Below, piece by piece: positions 12,629 to 23,754 of a stretch of 56,855 bases of DNA. A model generated the notes under the pieces. That model did no database searches and was not told where the DNA came from. It saw only the letters and a program-made list of their open reading frames with translations. The position numbers were made by a program, and so were the translations under genes. This DNA comes from Octopus sinensis (taxonomy: Eukaryota), in NCBI RefSeq assembly GCF_006345805.1, contig NW_021833934.1, forward strand, positions 1 through 56,855, written 5' to 3'. Within the stretch, counting starts at the first letter, position 1; the number at the start of each line of letters is the position of its first letter.

Positions 12629-12859
12629 TACCTATTTCTTTATTGCCCACAAGGGGCAAAACTTAGAGGGGAAAAAACAAAGAGAGTCATAGGTATTAAG
12701 TTGATTACATCGACCCCAGTGCGTAACTGGTACTTAATTTATCGACCCCGAAGGATGAAAGGCAAAATCGACCCCGGCGGAATTTGAACTCAGAACATAA
12801 CGGCAGACGAAATACCACGAAGCATTTCGCCCGACATGCTAACGTTTCTGCCAGCTCGC
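12629..12859 (-). mobile_element. tRNA-headed SINE family C (Meta-like core), monomer
   Basis: Reverse reads gcgagctggcagaaacgttagc...gagttcaaattcc...gcctttcatccttcggggtcgataaattaagtacca...aaagaaatag. Confidence 0.8.
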
Positions 12860-13436
12860 ACACATACCGACACACACCTCCCCACACCCGTAAGCCCCTA
12901 TATCATAATTTGGTGTAAGGAGACGCGTGCTTGGAGTAGGGCAATTTATTGTATTTAAAATGTCTACTGTCGTCAATATTAATACCAAAGCATGTCACAT
13001 CCAAGCAAGAGAAGCACACAGCCAATCTTATACACATGTATGTGAAACCATGCATGCATAATTTGGCATAAAACCCATTCTTTTAAAATGAACACTGTAA
13101 TTGAGTTTTAATGTCATATCTATCAGCCTTATTCATTTAGTCATCTGCCTACAGTTGTTGAGAAGATCAGCTTTTTTTGATGGTGTTGGTATTTGTCTTG
13201 CATTGTAATGCAGTATGCTGTGAATTGCTATGGCACAGCTTTGTATGACAACAATGACATTGGCACTTGGGTTAATAACATCGGAGGAAAAAGCCAGTGA
13301 AAGATAATTAAGGAAAAAGAATAATGATAATATTAATAGAGACGATAATTGTGATGGCTATAAAGTTCACTGGTGGTGGACATCTTGCAATTCATTCCAT
13401 TCCTCCAAGCAAAACTACTGTGTTAAACAAGAGTAA

Positions 13437-13802
13437 TAATAAGAAAAAGAAAGAAGAAAGAAGAAGAAGAAGAAGAAAAGAAAAGAAGAAGAAGAAGAAG
13501 AAGAAGAAGAAGAAGAAGAAGAAGCAAGAAGCAGAAGAAGAAGAAGAGAAGAAGAAGAAGAGAAGAAGAAGAAGAAGAAGAAGCAAGAAGAGAAGAAGAA
13601 GAAGAGAACGAAGAAGAGAAGAAGAACAGAAGAAGAGGAGAAGAAGCAGAAGCAGAAGACGAAGGTGAAGACGAGAAGAAGAAGAAGAAGAAGAAGAAGA
13701 AGAAGAAGAAAAGAAAGACAGAGAGAAGAGACGAAGAAGAAAGAAGAAGAAGAAAGAAGAAGAAGAAGAAAGAAGAAGAAGAAGAAGAAGAAGAAGAAGA
13801 AG
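13437..13802 (+). repeat. (AAG)n polypurine tract, ~365 bp
   Basis: Direct observation; explains the poly-K/E/R and poly-F/L/S ORFs. Confidence 0.95.
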
Positions 13803-13819
13803 GAGGCAACCATAATAAA

Positions 13820-14001
13820 AAAGCAACCATATTCTGGGATATGCCGATACACACAGATAGAGAAATTAAGGCCAACAGACCAGATATAGTTGTCAGAGAT
13901 CATGAAGGGAAAAAATGCTTTCTAATCAATACCAGCAGATGACAACGTGTCTCTAAAAGAAATGGAGAAACTTTCAAAATACAAAGACCTAGAAATAGAG
14001 G
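13820..14001 (+). mobile_element. R4/Dong-like LINE fragment, restriction-like endonuclease region
   Basis: KATIFWDMPIHTDREIKANRPDIVVRDHEGKKCFLI / PADDNVSLKEMEKLSKYKDLEIE: RPD...D...KE..K..KY pattern of R4-clade endonucleases. Confidence 0.8.
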
Positions 14002-14384
14002 TGTAGCAATAAACATTTTAGCCATTTTAAAATATGGCGCTAATTGGCAATATGACGTAATGTCGTATTGGCGAAGAATTATTATTTTTGTTTTTTCCAT
14101 TAGTTAATATAACTGCTCATATAAAGATTCTAAATGTTTCGTAAAGAATATTTGTAATGGATTTCGATTCTTTTAAGTCAAGTTGAGCAGTTATAAAAAC
14201 CCTGGATTTTGGGAAAAACTTCAGTGTTTGTTGGATGTCACTAAACTCCACGACACTCACTCTTTCGAGACATCGGTAATTTTTATGCCCTGTCTAAGTT
14301 AATCACAAATCTATTTTGATTTGTTGATTAATGTATTAGTTAGAATTACGAATTAGTTAATGAATTTATAGTCATTATTCTACA
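14002..14384 (+). mobile_element. Solo LTR of a Gypsy-type element
   Basis: TGTAG...CTACA termini; first ~125 bp homologous to 21765-21891, which follows a Gypsy pol end; no clear TSD. Confidence 0.65.
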
Positions 14385-14411
14385 CGATGGAAAATTATCT
14401 TTCCTTCCTAC

Positions 14412-14657
14412 TGTCTATCTATCTATCCGATCAGTCGAAGTCGACTCTCGGTTACTCAATGGATCAGTGTCCTCCAGTCAGTTCTATCCTGGGCCGCTTT
14501 TTTCAGATTGGCTATGTCCATTCCGGCATCACTCTTGATGGTGTCAAGCCAGAGGGGTTCTTGGTCGGCCTCTTCCTCTCTTGCCACTGACCATTCCGAG
14601 TATGATGTCCTTCTCCAGGGATTTTCTCCGCATAATATGACCAAAATATGCCAATCT
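14412..14657 (-). mobile_element. BovB-like RTE LINE 3' fragment
   Basis: Reverse frames give AYFGHIMRRKSLEKDIILGMVSGKRGRGRPR..WLDTIKSD...DRTDWRTLIH; (GATA)n tail. Confidence 0.8.
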
Positions 14658-14877
14658 ATGCTACAGTAAATAATATAAAATGTTATATTTATATAATAAA
14701 ACTAATTAAGAAAATGTTTCTCTTCATGTTTGTTTTTTCAACTGAGAATAAATAAATATGCATTTCTGTAATCATTAGTTTATATTTTCTTACAGCGGTT
14801 AAAAGGACACGAAGAAAATATTCAACATACATGTCGTTAATATTCATAACATTTCATGAGTATATCTCTCTATGACG

Positions 14878-15188
14878 TTATCACCGTGACTGACCAGGCT
14901 ATCAGATGTTGCTACACATCGCTGGTCACAATGCGCTTTGCATTTTTTTTTTTAGCCTTCAAATGACGCCACCTCGCTGGCTAAGCGAGCAGGCCAACAG
15001 AAGAAAGAGTGAGAGAAAGTTGTGGCAAAAGAGTACAGTAGGGATTGCCACCACCCCCTGCCGGAGCCACGTTGAGCTTTAGGTGTTTTCACTCAATAAA
15101 CACTCACAACGCCCGATCTGGGAATCGAAACCGCGATCCTCTGACCGCGAGTCCGCTGCCCTAACCACTGGGCCATTGCGCCTCCACC
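14878..15188 (-). mobile_element. tRNA-headed SINE family B, tail type 1
   Basis: Head ggtggaggcgcaatggcccagtggttagggcagcggactcgcggtc...gtttcgattccc. Confidence 0.8.
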
Positions 15189-15214
15189 TATGACGTTATA
15201 TACTCTCTCTCTCT

Positions 15215-15565
15215 TTACTCTTTTACTTGTTTCAGTCATTTGACTGCGGCCATGCTGGAGCACCACCTTTAGTTGAGCAAATCGACCCCGGGACTTATTC
15301 TTTGTAAGCCCAGTACTTATTCTATCGGTCTCTTTTGCCGAACGCTAAGTGACGGGATGTAAACACCCAGCATCGGTTGTCAAGCGATGCTAGGGGGACA
15401 AACACAGACACACAAACATATACACACCCCCTATATATATACACATATATACGACGGGCTTCTTTCAGTTTCCGTCTACCAAATCCATTCACAAGGCATT
15501 GGTCGGCCTGGGGCTATAGCAGAAGACACTTGCCCAAGTTGCCACGCAGTGGGACTGAACCCACT
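15215..15565 (-). mobile_element. SINE family A, 5'-truncated
   Basis: Tail and core present. Confidence 0.8.
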
Positions 15566-15589
15566 GTAGTATCTTTATTATGATCATGG

Positions 15590-16024
15590 TGATCTTACAT
15601 AGAATGGGGCAATACAGGACAAACAAAGGACAAAAATGTTACAGGAGTTCGAATGATATAAATATTAAAAATTTACTTAAAATGTATTTTATATATCGTC
15701 TAAATTTTCTTTTAACTAGAATTTTATTTTAAAATATAATTAAATCAAAGAAAAGCACGAACAAAAAGGTTACAGGATCAAACCCGGCAGCCTTTAAAAG
15801 CCCAGCAACGCTCTTTTCCTTTCCTCAATGATTAAGCTGGGTTACTAACACCCACCTTTCTCATCACATCCTTCCATCGTTTCTCGAATTCTCTCGGTGG
15901 CAGGGTCCTCCTCTCCAACCCCATCTTGCTCTTCAGATGGTATCTGAAGTAAGACAGCAACCCGGGGCCAGAGATGAAGGACCCTTTCACCGAACCTTCC
16001 ATTCTCGTTCTCCAAACGCACTCT
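15590..16024 (-). mobile_element. Probable Tx1/L1-clade LINE 3' fragment
   Basis: ECVWRTRMEG...SGPGLLSYFRYHLKSKMGLERRTLPPREFEKRWKDV resembles L1/Tx1 ORF2 C-termini (VW..R...F...W). Confidence 0.5.
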
Positions 16025-16400
16025 TGGTCAGTGGCAAGAGAGGAAGAGGCCGACCAAGAACCCCTCTGGCTTGACACCATCAAGAGTGATACCGGAATGG
16101 ACATAGCCAGTCTGAAAGAAGCGGCCCAGGATAGAACTGACTGGAGGACACTGATCCATCGAGTAACCGAGAGTTGACTTCAACTGAGCGGATAGATAGA
16201 TAGATAGATATATGTGTGTATATATATGTGTATATATATATATATATATGGACACTAAAGAAAGCTGACCAGAAGAGAATTAATGCATTCGAGCTTTGGT
16301 GTTGGAGAAGACTTTTACGGATTCCATGGACAGCGAGGCTCACCAATGGAGCAGATCAGGCGAGAGTCGACTTCGACTGAGCGGATAGATAGATAGATAT
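16025..16400 (+). mobile_element. Two rearranged BovB-like RTE 3' fragments
   Basis: SGKRGRGRPR..WLDTIKSD... then WTLKKADQKRINAFELWCWRRLLRIPWTA; each ends ttc(a/g)actgagcg(gata)n. Confidence 0.8.
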
Positions 16401-16746
16401 ATCTATGTATTTATTTATTTTAGGTAGGACTGTATATATGTATTTGCGACTCCAAGAAAACGAACATTGGAGTATCTACACGCTGTACCTTAAAGAACAG
16501 CTGCAAGAGAGGTAAGCCCTGTTCATTGTGCAACAACATGGGTGAAGTGAATTCCATCAGAAATCATAACAGAAATGTTATGATTTATACAGAAGGTGGA
16601 ACATGTAGAGATTCCCATTTGGTGCACGCTGCAGAATGCACGAAACACAACTTAATTTGTGTTGATTGCACAACAGAACAATTAAATAAACGGTTTAATG
16701 GGCACAGATTCGACGTCAGGCACATTCGCTTTCACTTCTCAGAATG
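16401..16746 (+). mobile_element. Penelope GIY-YIG endonuclease relic (internally deleted copy)
   Basis: CKRGKPCSLCNNM...GGTCRDSHLVHAAECTKHNLICVDCTTEQLNKRFNGHRFDVRH: Cys linker plus degenerate GIY-YIG with R..GH motif. Confidence 0.75.
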
Positions 16747-16789
16747 TTTGATCCATCGAGTAACCGAGAGTTGACTTTGACTGAGCGGA

Positions 16790-17256
16790 TTGCCTTTCAT
16801 CCTTTCGGGGGTCGATTAAATAAGTACCAGTTACGCACTGGGGGGGGGGGCGATATAATCGACTTAATCCGTTTGTCTCCTCTGTGTTTAGCCCCTTGTG
16901 GACAGTAAAGAAATAGGTATTTCGTTTGCCGCTACGTTCTGAGTTCAAATTCCGCCGAGGTCGACTTTGCATTTCATCCTTTCGGGGTCGATTAAATAAG
17001 TACCAGTTACGCACTGGGGTCGATATAATCGACTTAATCCGTTTGTCTCCTCTGTGTTTAGCCCCTTGTGGACAGTAAAGAAATAGGTATTTCGTTTGCC
17101 GCTACGTTCTGAGTTCAAATTCCGCCGAGGTCGACTTTGCATTTCATTCTTTCGGGGTCGATTAAATAAGTACCAGTTACGCAATGGGGTCGATATAATC
17201 GACTTAATCCGTTTGTCCCCTCTGTGTTTAGCCCCTTGTGGGTAGTAAAGAAATAG
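16790..17256 (+). mobile_element. SINE family C headless tandem multimer (3 units)
   Basis: Repeated ~165-bp body joined by aaagaaataggtatttc. Confidence 0.85.
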
Positions 17257-17264
17257 ATAGATAG

Positions 17265-17616
17265 AATGATTATGTAACTCGTCTTAAGAGATTTCTTACT
17301 GATTTTCCTTCTTTTACAAGACAATTGCAAAATGTTAAAAGTTTTGTTCATTCTGATATAAATTCTTGAACACATGTATTTGTACGTAACGATGCTACTC
17401 ATAATTCATTGAAAAATAAATACACTGGACCTTTTAAAGTCTTGTCAGTTAGAGACAAAACTATGACTTTGGAGATGAATGGTAAAAGAAAAAGAGATTG
17501 TCAGTGTAGACAGAGTAAAAAAAAGCTTATTTCGATCAATATTCATGTCATGAAAATCAAGGTGTGAGCAATACATATCGACATAACTTGAAACAAAGCG
17601 ATAATCAAAGAAACAG
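17265..17616 (+). mobile_element. Gypsy pol C-terminus (integrase GPY/F region), degenerate
   Basis: THVFVRNDATHNSLKNKYTGPFKVLSVRDKTMTLEMNGK../EIVSVDRVKKAY. Confidence 0.8.
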
Positions 17617-20600
17617 GGATCTTTTCCTTTTGAACGGCACATGTCAACACAAAGCTCAGAATTTTAGCATCCACAGTAGTATTTTCAATGTCCGTGAATA
17701 AAGTTTGCTTTTAAATGTAATTAATGCAAGACACAGCGAGGTTTCTTTCTCTGATGATTTACATTTCCAACCACTGGAACATGTTCTCTCAGAGAGTGAT
17801 GCTGTGGACCTACACAAATGAACGTGTTAAAAACAAAATAGAATTTTTGGATCTTTTCCTTTTGAACAGCACATGTCAACACAATTTCTAGTTAACTAAA
17901 CACTTTAAAACTTCGATACTGGTAGAATGTGTCAAAATAAAACATTTTTTTGGATCTTTTCCTTTTGAACGGCACATGTCAACACAATTTCTACTAACTA
18001 AACACTTTAAAACTTCGTATAATGGTAGAATGTGTCAAAATAAAACATCTTCTTTGGGGGGATCTTTTCCTTTTGAACGGCACATGTCAACACAATTTCT
18101 AGTTAACTAAACACTTTAAAACTTCGATACTGGTAGAATGTGTCAAAATAAAACATTTTTGGGGGGGATCTTTTCCTTTTGAACGGCACATGTCAACACA
18201 ATTTCTAGTTAACTAAACACTTTAAAACTTCGTATACTGGTAGAATGTGTCAAAATAAAACATTTTTTGGGGGGATCTTTTCCTTTTGAACGGCACATGT
18301 CAACACAATTTCTATTAACTAAACACTTTAAAACTTCGATACTGGTAGAATGTGTCAAAATAAAACATTTTTGGGGGGGATCTTTTCCTTTTGAACGGCA
18401 CATGTCAACACAATTTCTATTAACTAAACACTTTAAAACTTCGATACTGGTAGAATGTGTCAAAATAAAACATTTTTGGGGGGGATCTTTTCCTTTTGAA
18501 CGGCACATGTCAACACAATTTCTAGTTAACTCAAACACTTAAAAACTTCGTATACTGGTAGAATGTGTCAAATATAAAACATTTTTTGGGGGGATCTTTT
18601 CCTTTTGAACGGCACATGTCAACACAATTTCTATAAATAAAACCACTTTAAAACTTCGATACTGGTAGAATGTGTCAAAATAAAACATTTTTGGGGGGAT
18701 CTTTTCTTTTGAACGGCACATGTCAACACAATTTCTATTAACTAAACACTTTAAAACTTCGATACTGGTAGAATGTGTCAAAATAAAACATTTTTTGGGG
18801 GGATCTTTTCCTTTTGAACGGCACATGTCAACACAATTTCTATTAACTAAACACTTTAAAACTCGATACTGGTAGAATGTGTAAAAATAAAACATTTTTT
18901 GGGGGGATATTTTCCTTTGGACCGGCACATGTCAACACAATTTCTATTACTAAACACTTTAAATTCGATTGACTTAGAATGATGTCAAGAATGTGTGTAA
19001 ATAAACATTTTTTAAAAATCTTTTCCTTTTGAACGGCACATGACAACACAATTTCTAGTTAACTAAACACTTTAAAACTTCGATACTGGTAGAAAATGTG
19101 TCAAAATTAAAACATTTTTTAAAAATCTTTTCCTTTTGAACGGCACATGTCAACACAATTCTAGTTAACTAAACATTTAAAACTTCGTATACTGGTTAGA
19201 ATGTGTCAAAATAAAACATTTTTTAATCTTTTCTTTGAACGGCACATGACAACACAATTCTAGTTAACTAAACACTTTTAAAACTTCGATTACTGGTTAG
19301 AAAGAATGTGTCAAAAAAAAAAACATTTTTAAAAAATCTTTTCCTTTTGAACGGCACATGTCAACACAATTTCTAGTTAACCAAACACTTTAAAAACTTC
19401 GTATACTGGTAGAATGTGTCAAAATAAAACATTTTGTTAATCTTTTCCTTTTGAGGGCACATGTCAACACAATTTCTAGTTAAATAAACACTTTAAAACT
19501 TCGTATAATGGTAGAATGTGTCAAAATAAAACATCTTCTTTGGGGGGATTCTTTTCCTTTTGAACGGCACATGTCAACACAATTTCTAGTTAATAAACAC
19601 TTTAAAACTTCGATACTGGTAGAATGTGTCAAAATAAAACATTTTTGGGGGGGATCTTTTCCTTTTGAACGGCACATGTCAACACAATTTCTAGTTAACT
19701 AACCACTTTAAAACTTCGTTATACTGGTAGAATGTGTCAAAAAAAACATTTTTGGGGGGATCTTTTCCTTTTGAACGGCACAGTCACAACACAATTTCTA
19801 TTAACTAAACACTTTAAAACTTCGATACTGGTAGAATGTGTCAAAATAAAACATTTTTTGGGTGGGATCTTTTCCTTTTGAACGGCCACATGTCAACACA
19901 ATTTCTATTAACTAACCACTTTAAAACTTCGATACTGGTAGAATGTGTCAAAATAAAACATTTTTGGGGGGGATCTTTTCCTTTTGAACGGCACATGTCA
20001 ACACAATTTCTAGTTAACTAAACACTTTAAAACTTCGTATACTGGTAGAATGTTGTCAAATAAAAAACATTTTTTGGGGGGATCTTTTCCTTTTGAACGG
20101 CACATGTCAACACAATTTCTATTAACTAAACACTTTAAAACTTCGATACTGGTAGAATGTGTCAAAATAAAACATTTTTGGGGGGGATCTTTTCCTTTTG
20201 AACGGCACATGTCAACACAATTTCTATTAACTAAACACTTTAAAACTTCGATACTGGTAGAATGTGTCAAAATAAAACATTTTTTGGGGGGGATCTTTTC
20301 CTTTTGAACGGCACATGTCAACACAATTTCTATTAACTAAACACTTTAAAACTTCGATACTGGTAGAATGTTGTAAAAATAAAACATTTTTTGGGGGGAT
20401 ATTTTCCTTTGGAGGCACTGTCAACACAATTTCTATTAACTAAAAACTTTAAAACTTCGATACTGGTAGAATGTGTCAAATAATAAACATTTTTTAAAAA
20501 TCTTTTCCTTTTGAACGGCACATGACAACACAATTTCTAGTTAACTAAACACTTTAAAACTTCGATACTGGTAGAATGTGTCAAAATAAAACATTTTTTA

Positions 20601-21422
20601 AAAATCTTTTCCTTTTGAACGGCACATGTCAACACAATTTCTAGTTAACTAAACACTTTAAAACTTCGTATACTGGTAGAATGTGTCAAAATAAAACATT
20701 TTTTTAATCTTTTTCTTTTGAACGGCACATGACAACACAATTTCTAGTTAACTAAACACTTTAAAACTTCGATACTGGTAGAATGTGTCAAAATAAAACA
20801 TTTTAAAAAATCTTTTCCTTTTGAACGGCACATGTCAACACAATTTCTAGTTAACCAAACACTTTAAAACTTCGTATACTGGTAGAATGTGTCAAAATAA
20901 AACATTTTTTTAATCTTTTCCTTTTGAGCGGCACATGTCAACACAATTTCTAGTTAACTAAACACTTTAAAACTTCGTATACTGGTAGAATGTGTTAAAA
21001 TAAAACATCTTTTTTGGATCTTTTCCTTTTGAACGGCACATGTCAACACGATTTCTATTAACTAAACACTTTAAAACTTCGTATACTGGTAGAATGTGTC
21101 AAAATAAAACATTTTTTAATCTTTTCCTTTTGAACGGACAATGTCAACACAATTTCTAGTTAACTAAACACTTTAAAAACTTCGTATACTGGTAGATGTG
21201 TTAAAATAAAACATCTTTTTTGGATCTTTTCCTTTTGAACGGCACATGTCAACACGATTTCTATTAACTAAACACTTTAAAACTTCGTATACTGGTAGAA
21301 TGTGTCAAAATAAAACATTTTTTTCCTCTTGGCTTTCTTGAGAAAATTGTAATTTGTTTGTTTAACGTAGTTTAATTAACTAGAAATTGTGTTGACATGT
21401 GCCATTCAAAAGGAAAAGATCC
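17617..21422. mobile_element. Non-autonomous TIR element (Merlin-like: GG termini, ~8-bp TSD) containing a satellite
   Basis: TIR ggatcttttccttttgaacggcacatgtcaacacaa at 17617, inverted at ~21387-21422; flanks agaaacag / aacaacag (6/8). Confidence 0.72.
17849..21324 (+). repeat. ~106-bp satellite, about 33 monomers, each beginning with the element's TIR
   Basis: Monomer gatcttttccttttgaacggcacatgtcaacacaatttctagttaactaaacactttaaaacttcgatactggtagaatgtgtcaaaataaaacatttttgggggg. Confidence 0.95.
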
Positions 21423-21430
21423 AACAACAG

Positions 21431-21891
21431 ATCTAAAGTTAATAGAAACACAAAGTCAATTTTGAAATCACCTACCGATGTGAAAAAGACTAGAAGTGGC
21501 AGAATTGTACATTTTCCGAAAAAACTTTCTCAGTTTGTTTGAGGATATCCAAAATATTCAGTGAAATGAAATGAACTGTAAATGAACATTATAATTGTAA
21601 AGCCGTATTGAAAAGGCTAATTTCAAATGTTAAACATGTAATTTATAAATGCATTGTATGTATTGGTGTGTTATAACCATTAATTCAAATGTTGTATCGA
21701 AAAAAATATGTATTACGAATTTCTTTTCGCAAAATTTTAACAATTTTTCTGGCGAGAGGCTGATTGTAGCAATAACCATTTTAGCCATTTTGAAATATGG
21801 CACGAATTGGCAATATGACGTAATGTCATTGCCGAATAATTATTATTTTCGTTTTTTCCATTCGTTAATATAACTACTCATATAAAGATTC
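21431..21891 (+). mobile_element. Gypsy pol end, 3' UTR, PPT-like tract and start of 3' LTR (from 21765)
   Basis: SILKSPTDVKKTRSGRIVHFPKKLSQFV* (TRSGR.V.FP motif); ggcgagagg precedes TGTAGCAATAA. Confidence 0.75.
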
Positions 21892-23100
21892 GGATCTTTT
21901 CCTTTTGAACGGCACTTGGATCTTTTCTTTTTGAAGGCCAGATTTTCCTAGTTAACTAAAAAATTCGAAACTTCGTATTCTGGTAGAATGTGTCAAAAGA
22001 AAACATTATTGTAAACAAAATTGAAAACAAAATTGTTATTCGTAACTTAAACGTAGTTTAATTTTTACGAATTTTAACCAATGAAATCCCAGCATTGCTG
22101 CGTTATCGATATTGATAAAGAAATATAGCAGACGCACCACACACACACACACACACATTTGCACAAGCACATAATAATTAATATATAAGCGTACACACAC
22201 ATACAAACCGACATACACACACACACACATCGTAATTAATATATAAGCGTACACACACATACAAACGGACATATACACACACATAGTAATTAATATATAA
22301 GCGTACACACACATACAAACGGACATATACATATACGCACACAACAAAAATACACGTTCGTGTTTTGCCACTTGCCGCAACAAATTTGCACAAAAGGTAA
22401 ATAAACCAGAAGAGGGGTGGGGTCAATGTTTCATCGTTTCGGGGTCGATAAATTAAGTACCAATTACGCACTGGTGTCGAGGATTTTTTTCCCAATTTAT
22501 ATCACAGCTCCCGACAAGCTGGGGGCATCCTTTTATGAAAAAATATTTCGCAAATTTTTACAATACTACTCACACTCCACGCGCAAACTCGAGACCGATT
22601 TAGGCATATTATTGTTTTTTTTGTTGTTGTTTCTGGCCCTTCAAAACCATGGGAGAAGCCTTTTCGGTAAAAAAAAATAAAGAAAATATTCAAAAAATAT
22701 CGTTAATATTTTTATTGGGTGACGAAATTAATCGATTTAAGAGATATAGCTGTTATTTCTAGCACATGTAGAAGACAGAAGAAGAGGTAAATAATTTGAG
22801 CTCGAATACTGCGATTTCATTGGTTAAAATTCTTAAAATTAAACTACGTTTAAGTTACGAATAACAATTTTGTTTTCAATTTTGTTTACAATAATGTTTT
22901 CTTTTGACACATTCTACCAGTATACGAAGTTTCAAATTTTTTAGTTAACTAGGAAAATCTGGCCTTCAAAATGAAAAGATCCCGGCATTTTGTAACATAA
23001 TTTCTAGGTAACTAAACGCTTTTAAACTTCGTATACTGGTAGAATGTGTTTATAAAACATCATTTTCTCTTGGCTTTATTGAGAAAATTCTATAGTTTGT
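21892..23100 (+). mobile_element. Third Merlin-like family member, inserted in the Gypsy LTR and itself interrupted
   Basis: ggatcttttccttttgaacggcactt at 21892 continues after 22990 as tgtaacataatttctaggtaactaaac; right end not found. Confidence 0.55.
21918..22982. mobile_element. Merlin-like MITE with ~190-bp TIRs and 8-bp TSD
   Basis: ggatcttttc...aaccaatgaaatc is mirrored at ~22795-22982; TSD cggcactt (21910-21917) / cggcattt (22983-22990). Confidence 0.8.
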
Positions 23101-23754
23101 AAGATATTTCGTCGGAAATTTCTTGCATTTCGGCAATTTTAACCAGTCAATTACCTCCATTGACGTAAATAACATTCTGTGCATAATGAATATGTCCCTC
23201 CTTTAAAAAACAGATTGGGTTTATTTACATTTGTGAAGAAAAAAAGATACCCTTCCCCAACCCCTAACCCTGCGGCTGTGGTAGGAAGACACTTGCTCAA
23301 GATACCATGCAGTGGGACTGAAACTGGAACCATATGGTTGGAATCGACAAATGAACATTAAATAAAATCTGTACTGCGAAAAATAAAAGGAAAGAAAGCG
23401 GAAAAAAAAAAACCAAGAGAGAAATTGTAAGCAAGAAGAAGAAGAAGAACAACAACAACAACAATAGCAATCAATTATATAATGGAATCAGAGTTTCCGG
23501 TTCTGAAAACCCAGATTTCCATCCATAATTGTTGCTGCAGTTGCCGTCGGATACGTTTCTCCGTAGCGGTGTGTTTGCTTGATTAATAGATTAAAGAATG
23601 ATTGTTATTCGTTTTTTTAGCGATATTGTATTACATACGACAATCACATGTTCTCTCGTTGCTTATCACATGCCGGAAAATGTATAAATAAAAACGAATA
23701 GATGAATTATGAATAAATATATAAAACAATGGCAGCTGACACATTTTTGCATAT

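Noticed and set aside
12900-13320. Unique-looking stretch as a host exon
   Set aside because: No frame with recognisable protein similarity or convincing paired splice sites
13324-13903. Poly-K/E/R and poly-F/L/S ORFs
   Set aside because: Products of the (AAG)n tract
17849-21324. CRISPR-like array or repeat protein (MCRSKGKDPP... ORFs)
   Set aside because: Monomers are contiguous near-identical 106-mers with no unique spacers, no cas genes, eukaryotic context; frames break at homopolymer indels
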